A DNA stretch of 64,000 nucleotides from Glycera tridactyla. Its lineage: Eukaryota. Below, in pieces: positions 56,201 through 62,300 of this stretch (the first letter of the stretch is position 1; the number at the start of each line of letters is the position of its first letter). A program made the position numbers and the translations under genes. Under the pieces are notes generated by a model. That model was not told the DNA's origin. It did no database searches and saw only the letters and a program-made list of their open reading frames with translations. The stretch spans positions 49,414,001 through 49,478,000 of the forward strand of contig OZ286471.1 of the NCBI GenBank assembly GCA_965644265.1. Direction: 5' to 3'.

Positions 56201-59200
56201 CTGATATCCCTTTACTTTGAGATTTCATATGGCATGGTGATTCATCATAAGATTCATATAAACCACATGAAATACCAATTATTTCTATGATACGTCAGCA
56301 CTTCAGAGCTTTAGATTTTCTGAGAGTTGGGTGGACCCATGTGGCCCATGAACTGGAAATACGGGTCATAACTAAAGATTGATGAGCCAACCATTGTTAA
56401 TCATTGGTTAATGGAGACAAAATTGCTGGGCCAGTGGACCCATAGTAGGAGATATTGATGGGTTGAAAGGGCAAAAACGTGCTGACCAACAATCTGAAGC
56501 TCTTCTCATTTATTAAGATGCAAGACACTTTTTTGGCCTATACAGCTCAATCCCATATTTGCTTCATCTCAGATGGCACTCCAACAGAACCAACAACAGA
56601 AAAACCACACATTCACACTTGTGCAAGTGACGAGTTCACCTGCAGCAATGGACGGTGTGTGAATGAACAGCACAGGTGTGACTCGTTTGATGATTGTGGA
56701 GACAATTCTGATGAGCAAGGGTGTGGTAAGCAATCTTATGCTTAACATCAATCGAATAATTGCCCAGCAATTAAGGATCCCTCTCCTGCATGCTGTGTGA
56801 GCATATGGAATAGAATAAGAAAAAGCCACATTCACATTCATGATCTTGGACTTGAACTTGAATAACTTCTTGAATCTGACATTAGTACTTATGGAGAAGT
56901 TTCAGAATCCTTCCTGGCTCCTGAAGCATAGATGATATTTTTTAGTGGAACATTACTGCAGAGACTTACTCAAACCTGCCATGCTGATCGGAGATATACA
57001 ATGTTTTACAGAAAGTCAAAAGATATGCAGAAAGTAATATGATGCGATCTCCTGCAGTAGACCATTGATGTTCAAGCTGAGAGCCTTTTGTCTACTGGCG
57101 AATTCTATCGTTGCTGTCTGTCTTGACTCAACCATCTGATTGAATGCCTAAAGGCATCCATTGTCCAACCATCAAATTGTTTAAGTGAGACCTCTATCAT
57201 GTAATATGCCCAACAGCATTCAGCCATGGCCATATGCATTTGGTAGTGCAATCATCAAGATTTTTGAGAATTACTTCAGAATTGATGGTTTGCTCTGGAA
57301 TGAACATGGAAGAATCAATCTATCCTATAAAAGCAAAAAGTTTGATAAGCCATTGGATTTTGTGACATTGGAAATTGAAGTATTCTTTTGAGCCACAGTA
57401 TTCTGTTATACCTCAACTCTTCAAATGTGTCTGAAATTTCCATTACAGAGTGGAGATACTTTTATTGCTTTCTTAGATAAGAATTTATGTGTGATACTAG
57501 CATGCCTTACAGACATTAATTTTGCTGGATGAAGGAGATATGATATGTTAATTGATCCATTACATTCACTTGCATGGTTATTTACATTGGTACACCTATC
57601 TCTGGTAAAGGTAATACCATTATCCCATCTATGTACGATGGAGTGATGGACCATAATATAAGCCAAGAAATATTGGATTTCTTATATGGATCCTTAATAG
57701 TTAAGCACACATTGAAGTTAGAACACATATTATATTTAAGACACAGATCTGCCACCAACTTCACTGCTAAATCTTATCTATAGTTACTTGTGTGTGACCA
57801 GTAGGATATTCTAGGATGATTATTGTATACCAATTGTTTGCTGGACACTTTGTACTTGTCAGGGCATGCCAAGTCTAAGTATGGAAGTCACCTATTTCAT
57901 CCTGCCACAGATACTTTCTGTACTGATTTTTTTGACATCTGTGTTGACGAGGATACTGTGCAAGTTCAATGCAGCACCACCATTCATAGTTGCATGTTTT
58001 CAATTGAGCTCCTATCAAGTCGGTTCACATCATATCTACAGGCTCGAATAGTTGGTTTGTGATCACAGTGATGTATTCATGAACAATATATTTGTGAAAC
58101 ATTGTGTAGTGTCATATAGGTTGAATTTCTGTGAGATAGGAATCGGTGACATGCATTTCCTTCTTTCTTACTAGTAGGTGAGCCTACAACGTCAGTGCAT
58201 CCAAGTAGCCACTGTCCTTTCTACCAGTTTCGGTGTAACAGTGGCGTATGTGTAGATGAGCATCTAAGATGTAACAATCATATAGACTGCCCGGATGGTT
58301 CAGATGAAAAAGATTGTGGTGAGCTGGATGTTTTCAGCATCCCTCTGCCAAATGCTGCTCAATTCATGCATGATGTTGCATGTTCAAGCTATCTCACTGC
58401 TTGACAGCATATCTTTCCAAATGACTAAATCATCACAGTCTTGTTGTGTTATCAGTGCAGCTGAACCTCCAGTCCATGTCCCCCTGCCCTTCTAATTTGG
58501 ATATGATACTAGTTAGAGGTTCGATGTTGATAATATGATGGAATCTCTGTTTATCAAATTTACAAAGACAAGACCAGTTAAACATAATCCATCAATTCTA
58601 TTGCAAAATCAACGGACAATATGGCATGCACCAGCTCTAATTAGCTGAATAAGGCTGTATGTTGGCTAAAATATATAGGAACCATCAGGACCCATGGTGT
58701 ATATTTTTGGTAGCAAGTGCCAAATGTTGGTAGCCTATAAGAAATTGTCAATTACAGCTCTCATAATTTATGGGGCCACTGGCTACTAAAGTAGCAATTT
58801 AGAGCCCCGCTGAATGCAGATCATCTCCCCCATATTTTGCATATGGTTTCTTTTGAAGAATACCAGTGATGTACGAATGTTCCTGCAGACCTATTCGGTT
58901 TCTTGATCACTGATCCCACTACCTGAATCGATCACGTACCCGTGCTATGTATCTGAATGTTCAGATTCTCATTGTCAGCATCTCACCGATCTGCGTCAAC
59001 CTGACTGCCATCTCATCGTTACCCTCCCATCTCAAAGCTGCTGTCAGAATTTTGCCAGATTTTTTTGCTTCTAGCAATAAGTCAAGCCAAGCAATTCAAG
59101 TTATATATGTCATGGCGTGGTTGGATGAGGTCGTCAGTGATGATACATAGAATGGTTGCTTTCATGTGAACTTATTCACTTTGTGTTCAATCTAAGTAGG

Positions 59201-61501
59201 TTTTCTGTATGATTGACTTTTTGAGTGTGAATGAATGTGATTTGAGAGAGACAGATGAGTGTGTGTGTGTACGCATGTGTGTGCCTGCATGCGAGCATCC
59301 ATGCGTGTGTTGTGTATGATGGATATGATGAGTATTTTGAGATGCCAATTGTTTTCCATGGTATTCCATTGCTGAAGTTTAACACAGAGTCAAACATGCT
59401 CATGAGACCACCTCTCTAAGAAGAGCAACCTGAGCCGGAATGTGATGATGTTTGCAACAGTAAATTACCTCTCCATAAAAGCCACTTGCCTACAATGACT
59501 GCTTTTTATGCAACTGAAAGTGGCCTTTATGGACAGGTTTGACTGTAATGCCAAACTTAGGTATTTAAGCTTAACCTGACAGTACAGGATCCTTCTTGAC
59601 ATAGGAATTGAAACATTGTCATGGTGTTCAGTGATTTATCTACAAATCAAACAGATATAATGAGTCCCACAATAAAATCAATGAGTCCCGGTGTTACGCA
59701 AACAAAATCCTGACATTGACAGGTATGTCTGTATGCTTTAGTTACAGATGTACTGAGGTAGTAGTTATTGACAGAATGCAGTGACAGTTTTAAGGCCAAT
59801 CATAACAGAGAAAATTATATTGAGAACTAGGCCTGTGATGTGGGGGGATATTTGGCAGCTGGTGTAGTGGTCAGATTCGGATGCATCCACTATCAAAATA
59901 AACGCTTCCAGTGGGATGCAGGTGCTATGAGAGCAATGAGTCCAGGCAGGCTGAGATGAGTCTGAGACTCGGGATGCAGGTGTAGATAAATCACTGCGGT
60001 GTTACTATATAGCAAGAAACCATGGGTTGTTGGCCTGACAAGTTATACACCATTAGTTATGGTGTATAAGTGGGATAATCAATAGAAACATAACAGGTAG
60101 AGTATAACTGTTATGTCAATACCTCATGTTTCTCGCCTGTATACCATGAATTTTCATCTAAATAATGATGAAATTGCTGGGAAAAGGACAATCGTGCATA
60201 TCGTCCATGCCACATCACCAGGGGCCATCTCACTGGTTTTCATTTTTCAGGATGATCTACACTCACATATCACTGTATGTGAATGACATTTCCATGCTTG
60301 TTTTTCATGCAAATGATTCAGGCTGAGTCATGTCAAGAGAAGATGATATATCTTAATTTTTCATCTCATTTAAGCATCTATATTAGAGTCCTAAGAAAGA
60401 TAAACCTGACAAAAGCAGTGAAATTATGTGACTTTTTTGCATATTGGGAGTTGTCCGTCAGGCATGTAAATGAAATGCCACCAGTGACAACGCGGAGAGA
60501 ACTGGGATAGTCACGCTATTCTACATGCGATTCACGCTCCCCCTCTGAATATTCATGGGAATAGTGGCATCTGCCTCCTGACTGCTCAAATACAGGAGGA
60601 AGTGAGAGCTGGGTGGCGCCAAGATTGACGTCGGTAGTAGAAAAGACAAGGGCGAGTCTTGTGACTGTGCATTATGATGTAGACATGTGCTAATGGTCAC
60701 TTATATTCCACACCCGTATATTCAAGGCATACTAGCACTGATTGTGGTTTATTAGTTTATTTGGATCATTGTTTGGTGGAATCTTTTCATCAAAGTGATC
60801 ATGAGATTGTGATATGGAATTGAATTGATATTCTGTTGCAGCGTAGCAGAAATGCTTTCCCCATAATTTTTTCACACATCATGGAGGTGTTTGGCGAATG
60901 TTTTCTCGGTCTGTTGAACTGAACACCCTGCTGGTCTCAAATGACCCATCATATCTCAAGGTGCCATGAAGATATTTGTGGATGACCAGGGGTGTTAGGG
61001 GTCCGCATGATGATGGACAGTTGTAGAAGTGCCTGCCAGCACGGATTTAATGCCATCCTCATAAGTGAGCATGTGAAACACCAGAATTCATACAAATGTC
61101 AGACAAAGTTTACCTCATTTATCAGCTACCAAAATAGTCTTTGTAACCTTTGCAAAGGAAAAATTGATGTTTCTCGATGAAATGTTGAAATCAAGGACGA
61201 TGCATGAATGCCCTTTTTGCCAGTTTTAATACTCTTCATGGGTACATATTGACTGTGTACGAGGTGAGATATGAGATGAGATCAGATGATTATGTCTATT
61301 GAGGTGTAGTCTCATTTGATGACCTGTCAGTTTGTGCTTCATTTGCAGTAACTGAAACCCCTGGCGGAGTGACAGATGCACCATCACATGCGACATGTCA
61401 GAGTGATGAGTTCACTTGTGATAATGGCATATGCATAGATAAGTCACTTTACTGTGATGGCAAGGTACATTGTGGGGATGGTTCTGATGAGCGAGACTGT
61501 G
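342..61501 (+). CDS. HSPG2: Perlecan / basement-membrane heparan sulfate proteoglycan core protein, partial multi-exon gene (5' and 3' ends outside window)
   Basis: Manually spliced domain order Ig-LDLa x3-Ig-(LE/L4) x3, the perlecan domain II-III architecture. It is followed in compatible phase by an LDLa cassette array. Membership of the array in the same gene is inferred from phase continuity; no terminal exon was recognised in between. Confidence 0.88.
967..1101 (+). CDS. HSPG2: Exon: LDLa (domain II)
   Basis: cag|...|gtgagt, 135 nt; [44 protein letters not shown]. Confidence 0.92.
1533..1652 (+). CDS. HSPG2: Exon: LDLa (domain II)
   Basis: 120 nt; [39 protein letters not shown]. Confidence 0.93.
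2196..2327 (+). CDS. HSPG2: Exon: LDLa (domain II)
   Basis: 132 nt; [43 protein letters not shown]. Confidence 0.93.
2765..2929 (+). CDS. HSPG2: Exon: Ig domain N-terminal half
   Basis: 165 nt; [54 protein letters not shown]. Confidence 0.93.
3661..3783 (+). CDS. HSPG2: Exon: Ig domain C-terminal half
   Basis: 123 nt; [40 protein letters not shown]. Confidence 0.92.
4174..4298 (+). CDS. HSPG2: Exon: laminin-EGF first part (domain III-1)
   Basis: [41 protein letters not shown]. Confidence 0.9.
4907..5086 (+). CDS. HSPG2: Exon: laminin IV (L4-1)
   Basis: 180 nt; [16 protein letters not shown]...[14 protein letters not shown]. Confidence 0.88.
5153..5525 (+). mobile_element. Helentron/DINE-like non-autonomous element
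   Basis: TTTTTAT-polyC...GGGGGGCATACTGG followed by a (CTGTCCGT) microsatellite and a short 3' palindrome, a layout typical of HINE/DINE-1 elements; boundaries approximate. Confidence 0.5.
5621..5691. repeat. (TG)n microsatellite
   Basis: Direct read. Confidence 0.97.
5838..5924 (+). CDS. HSPG2: Exon: L4-1
   Basis: 87 nt; [29 protein letters not shown]. Confidence 0.88.
6002..6495. mobile_element. Tc1/mariner-type MITE family A, copy 1 (494 bp)
   Basis: TA TSD, about 30-bp imperfect TIR CAGTCG..CGCC..TTTTT.TGTGGCA; homologous to 37543-38036. Confidence 0.82.
6881..6964 (+). CDS. HSPG2: Exon: L4-1
   Basis: 84 nt; [28 protein letters not shown]. Confidence 0.86.
7666..7802 (+). CDS. HSPG2: Exon: L4-1 (contains RGD)
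   Basis: 137 nt; [45 protein letters not shown]. Confidence 0.9.
8213..8251. repeat. (ACCA)n microsatellite
   Basis: Direct read. Confidence 0.93.
8422..8533 (+). CDS. HSPG2: Exon: L4-1 end / LE
   Basis: 112 nt; [37 protein letters not shown]. Confidence 0.92.
9157..9270 (+). CDS. HSPG2: Exon: laminin-EGF
   Basis: 114 nt; [38 protein letters not shown]. Confidence 0.93.
9733..9875. mobile_element. 143-bp foldback MITE
   Basis: Perfect 19-bp IR ATTGGGCCCATTCGACTGG/CCAGTCGAATGGGCCCAAT plus internal 13-bp IR CTTCACGAAAAAT/ATTTTTCGTGAAG; superfamily unclear. Confidence 0.75.
9994..10121 (+). CDS. HSPG2: Exon: laminin-EGF
   Basis: 128 nt; [42 protein letters not shown]. Confidence 0.93.
10930..11069. 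mobile_element. MITE family B-like copy
   Basis: TA|CAGTGAACCTGTC ... GGTGGTCTC ... GCAGATTCGACTT|TA (degenerate). Confidence 0.6.
11125..11270 (+). CDS. HSPG2: Exon: laminin-EGF
   Basis: 146 nt; [48 protein letters not shown]. Confidence 0.93.
12390..12481 (+). CDS. HSPG2: Exon: laminin-EGF
   Basis: 92 nt; [30 protein letters not shown]. Confidence 0.9.
13275..13415 (+). CDS. HSPG2: Exon: laminin-EGF
   Basis: 141 nt; [47 protein letters not shown]. Confidence 0.92.
13562..13731. mobile_element. MITE family B-like copy
   Basis: TA|CAGTGAAACCTG ... AGATTTCATTG|TA. Confidence 0.62.
13918..13990. repeat. (GT)n microsatellite
   Basis: Direct read. Confidence 0.97.
14068..14247 (+). CDS. HSPG2: Exon: L4-2
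   Basis: 180 nt; [15 protein letters not shown]...[15 protein letters not shown]. Confidence 0.92.
15095..15187 (+). CDS. HSPG2: Exon: L4-2
   Basis: 93 nt; [31 protein letters not shown]. Confidence 0.92.
15655..15738 (+). CDS. HSPG2: Exon: L4-2
   Basis: 84 nt; [28 protein letters not shown]. Confidence 0.88.
16195..16313 (+). CDS. HSPG2: Exon: L4-2
   Basis: 119 nt; [39 protein letters not shown]. Confidence 0.93.
17059..17170 (+). CDS. HSPG2: Exon: L4-2 end / LE
   Basis: 112 nt; [37 protein letters not shown]. Confidence 0.93.
17548..17724. mobile_element. Short MITE family B (CAGT.AAACCTGT TIR, TA TSD)
   Basis: TA|CAGTAAAACCTGTCTATAGTG ... CACTATAGCAGGTTTTACTG|TA. Confidence 0.8.
17879..17992 (+). 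CDS. HSPG2: Exon: laminin-EGF
   Basis: 114 nt; [38 protein letters not shown]. Confidence 0.94.
18602..18729 (+). CDS. HSPG2: Exon: laminin-EGF
   Basis: 128 nt; [42 protein letters not shown]. Confidence 0.93.
19247..19333 (+). CDS. HSPG2: Exon: laminin-EGF
   Basis: 87 nt; [28 protein letters not shown]. Confidence 0.92.
19769..19857 (+). CDS. HSPG2: Exon: laminin-EGF plus linker
   Basis: 89 nt; [29 protein letters not shown], donor gtcagt. Confidence 0.88.
20221..20396. mobile_element. MITE family B-like copy; 3' part tandemly duplicated
   Basis: TA|CAGTCAAACCTGTC ... GACAGGTTTCACT. Confidence 0.7.
20311..20617. repeat. Two-copy 154-bp tandem duplication
   Basis: ATGTCAATAGAGAAGAGCCG...GATGTACATCTCAATTT.ATGGTCATG repeated from 20311 and 20465. 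Confidence 0.88.
20720..20805 (+). CDS. HSPG2: Exon: laminin-EGF
   Basis: 86 nt; [28 protein letters not shown]. Confidence 0.9.
21098..21213 (-). repeat. Dispersed repeat, inverted relative to the copy near 36909-37005
   Basis: Shared GTCAAGATTC.TTCAA.CTTGGCTGGGC..CCAGGTCTCC.TCCTTC core; boundaries approximate. Confidence 0.65.
21463..21603 (+). CDS. HSPG2: Exon: laminin-EGF
   Basis: 141 nt; [47 protein letters not shown]. Confidence 0.93.
22225..22410 (+). CDS. HSPG2: Exon: L4-3
   Basis: 186 nt; [15 protein letters not shown]...[13 protein letters not shown]. Confidence 0.9.
22429..24342. mobile_element. Non-autonomous piggyBac-like element, 1914 bp
   Basis: TTAA TSD (22425-22428, 24343-24346); perfect 14-bp TIR CCCTTTACTGCATA; subterminal GTGCATGAAA repeats at both ends; no transposase ORF. 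Confidence 0.85.
24771..24866 (+). CDS. HSPG2: Exon: L4-3
   Basis: 96 nt; [32 protein letters not shown]. Confidence 0.92.
25385..25468 (+). CDS. HSPG2: Exon: L4-3
   Basis: 84 nt; [28 protein letters not shown] (same size and phase as paralogous exons in repeats 1 and 2). Confidence 0.82.
26235..26465 (+). CDS. HSPG2: Exon: L4-3 end / LE
   Basis: 231 nt; [32 protein letters not shown]...[16 protein letters not shown]. Confidence 0.93.
27133..27184 (+). CDS. HSPG2: Exon: short LE-closing exon, ends in phase 1
   Basis: tag|...|gtaagt, 52 nt; [17 protein letters not shown]. Confidence 0.85.
27983..28171 (+). CDS. HSPG2: Array cassette A1: T/P linker + LDLa + acidic tail
   Basis: 189 nt, phase 1-1; [62 protein letters not shown]. 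Confidence 0.87.
28172..28196 (+). promoter_or_regulatory. Putative 5' splice-site stem-loop of A1
   Basis: gtg AGCGATC tatttaag GATCGCT. Confidence 0.5.
30345..30473 (+). CDS. HSPG2: Array cassette A2: LDLa
   Basis: 129 nt; [42 protein letters not shown]. Confidence 0.87.
30474..30500 (+). promoter_or_regulatory. Putative 5' splice-site stem-loop of A2
   Basis: GTG a GCA t CCT agtca AGG c TGC a CAC. Confidence 0.5.
33388..33597 (+). CDS. HSPG2: Array cassette A3: long linker + LDLa
   Basis: 210 nt; [69 protein letters not shown]. Confidence 0.87.
34959..35099 (+). CDS. HSPG2: Array cassette A4: LDLa
   Basis: 141 nt; [46 protein letters not shown]. Confidence 0.88.
36524..36649 (+). CDS. 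HSPG2: Array cassette A5: LDLa
   Basis: 126 nt; [41 protein letters not shown]. Confidence 0.88.
36909..37005 (+). repeat. Dispersed repeat, partner of 21098-21213
   Basis: Same core in the opposite orientation. Confidence 0.65.
37543..38036. mobile_element. MITE family A, copy 2 (494 bp)
   Basis: Same TIRs, TA flanks and internal sequence (TTGTTTATTGCCGTGAC...GTCAGAAC.GTCACGTA) as 6002-6495. Confidence 0.8.
39784..39918 (+). CDS. HSPG2: Array cassette A6: LDLa (AAG acceptor)
   Basis: 135 nt; [44 protein letters not shown]; 5' boundary less certain. Confidence 0.82.
42168..42287 (+). CDS. HSPG2: Array cassette A7: LDLa
   Basis: 120 nt; [39 protein letters not shown]. Confidence 0.87.
42768..43193. 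repeat. Minisatellite, about 62-bp unit, about 7 copies
   Basis: Unit TGAGCTGT.C.AGTGCATCAAGTGAAGG.ATATTGGTGGTGCAGATAGTCATTTGTCCACTG. Confidence 0.9.
43198..43286 (+). pseudogene. Dead LDLa cassette (pseudo-exon) cut by a TTAA element
   Basis: ctag|tg ttt aca tgt...: [28 protein letters not shown]. Aligns to CxYYExxC..C..D..DC with Cys3 replaced by Ser (agt); stop TAA lies in the TTAA insertion site; possible remnant (EYVDC) after 45603. Confidence 0.68.
43910..45471 (+). mobile_element. 5'-truncated non-LTR retrotransposon (CR1/L2-like LINE)
   Basis: Stop-free RT frame ([10 protein letters not shown]...[19 protein letters not shown]...LFADDT...KYLGIILD), a 3' UTR with AATAAA and an (AAATC)n tail; ATCTCTT at both junctions. 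Confidence 0.9.
43926..44978 (+). CDS. LINE reverse transcriptase, C-terminal fragment
   Basis: 350-aa ORF with RT motifs PQG and FADD; the ATG is internal to a truncated frame. Confidence 0.88.
   Translation: MSRYGANANCVKWFTSYLKDRMCTVKVNGVTSGERGIACGVPQGSILGPLLFSIYVNDFTHYMRGPSVNLFADDTAILVSDRTPERLQGKLENALSIASKWLNRNKLSLNIKKTQVMVFGSRQQVRRCKLNVTLNDVNINQTKTFKYLGIILDETLSFADHAEYIRAKTAGRVSVLGRLRGVLSKETSLMLYRTLILPVFDYCDIVYDSLGMVAASKLQKVQNKAFRIVTKSERYTRTSQIHSELHMPFLDCRRQYHTLIHVNKILNGSLPVQYTPLCTYIEPIHSYSTRLNEKPYVNAVRPMLRIAEGSFAYRGGKLWNEYVSQPDGFESTVPKLFKEKLKSFIHFSNM
46673..46819 (+). CDS. HSPG2: Array cassette A8: LDLa (core type)
   Basis: 147 nt; [48 protein letters not shown]. Confidence 0.89.
46820..46850 (+). 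promoter_or_regulatory. Putative 5' splice-site stem-loop of A8
   Basis: g TGAG CAAC ACT agtta AGT t GTTG gt CTCA. Confidence 0.55.
47589..47720 (+). CDS. HSPG2: Array cassette A9: LDLa
   Basis: 132 nt; [43 protein letters not shown]. Confidence 0.89.
48321..48467 (+). CDS. HSPG2: Array cassette A10: LDLa
   Basis: 147 nt; [48 protein letters not shown]. Confidence 0.89.
49289..49435 (+). CDS. HSPG2: Array cassette A11: LDLa
   Basis: 147 nt; [48 protein letters not shown]. Confidence 0.89.
50762..50908 (+). CDS. HSPG2: Array cassette A12: LDLa
   Basis: 147 nt; [48 protein letters not shown]. Confidence 0.89.
51044..51177. other. Assembly gap (N) inside the array
   Basis: Run of N. Confidence 0.99.
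51684..51830 (+). CDS. HSPG2: Array cassette A13: LDLa
   Basis: 147 nt; [48 protein letters not shown]. Confidence 0.89.
52688..52852 (+). CDS. HSPG2: Array cassette A14: LDLa
   Basis: 165 nt; [54 protein letters not shown]. Confidence 0.89.
53224..53263. repeat. (CA)n microsatellite
   Basis: Direct read. Confidence 0.93.
53856..53999 (+). CDS. HSPG2: Array cassette A15: LDLa
   Basis: 144 nt; [47 protein letters not shown]. Confidence 0.89.
54079..54316. other. Assembly gap (N) inside the array
   Basis: Run of N. Confidence 0.99.
54513..54644 (+). CDS. HSPG2: Array cassette A16: LDLa
   Basis: 132 nt; [43 protein letters not shown]. Confidence 0.89.
55516..55653 (+). CDS. HSPG2: Array cassette A17: LDLa
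   Basis: 138 nt; [45 protein letters not shown]. Confidence 0.88.
56573..56725 (+). CDS. HSPG2: Array cassette A18: LDLa
   Basis: 153 nt; [50 protein letters not shown]. Confidence 0.88.
58175..58318 (+). CDS. HSPG2: Array cassette A19: LDLa (TAGTAG tandem acceptor; alternative start 58178)
   Basis: 144/141 nt; [47 protein letters not shown]. Confidence 0.87.
59387..59545. mobile_element. MITE family B-like copy
   Basis: Degenerate GAGTCAAACATG ... GACAGGTTTGACTG|TA. Confidence 0.6.
61349..61501 (+). CDS. HSPG2: Array cassette A20: LDLa
   Basis: 153 nt; [50 protein letters not shown]. Confidence 0.88.
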
Positions 61502-61525
61502 GTAAGCGATCTTAGTTAAGATCGC
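61502..61525 (+). promoter_or_regulatory. Putative 5' splice-site stem-loop of A20
   Basis: gtaaGCGATCTT agtt AAGATCGC: perfect 8-bp stem containing TAGTTAAG. Function is inferred. Confidence 0.6.
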
Positions 61526-62300
61526 ACCCAACATGATTCCACAACCTAGTTAAGAATAAATGATTCCTAGATAAGATTCTTCAGGGATCATCAGTGAACA
61601 GATGAATGATAGTATAATTTCTCTGTCTTAGTATTTCCCCATCTGACTGATGGTATCATGACCCTACCACTTGATTATATTCTGTATTCATTCCTCTCAT
61701 ACACCCATTCATCAGTAATTTATTTAATCAAAATCTTATATGTGAATACTATAGCTCAGAGAAAATTTGCTCTCACCTTAACTCTATAAGAATTATAGCT
61801 CATGGGGCACAATATATATCCTTCCCACCCAGCTTTCATATCTAGATCAATGTAAGTTCTTGGATCTGGACACGATGTTTACTCAAAATGTAGTGTTATT
61901 TCTCTTCTGTGATATTACAATCATTATCTTAGTCACAGTATCTAAGATGGTCAATCTCTATCATACATTGAGATTGATACATGAGAAAAATGTATTCTGG
62001 TATCATGCCCAGTCCAGTCACATGGAGCCTCGAAGCCTGCCCAGAGACATGAGAAATGAATCACATGAAAAATGAAAAATGTTGGAATACATTGACCCTG
62101 TAATATTTGGTATTCTCATCAGAATCAAGACATGTTGTTCATCATAGATGCCATCAGTGGCCTGCTTGTATCCCTGTTTTGAAGGGAATTCTTCCTGTGT
62201 GATTCAATAATAACATTCTTCAGTGGCTATAAGCAACCCCACTAAAATTACCTCAGCATTGATGAGGATTCACTTCATGAATAATTGAAATTTCACACAG

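Noticed and set aside
57915-57975. [19 protein letters not shown] as another degenerate LDLa
   Set aside because: Cys spacing is wrong, there is no SDE motif, and no matching splice sites were found.
27185-61501. Dscam-type docking/selector long-range pairing
   Set aside because: I found no convincing complement of the TAGTTAAG motif by eye. It is not excluded; it needs a computational search.
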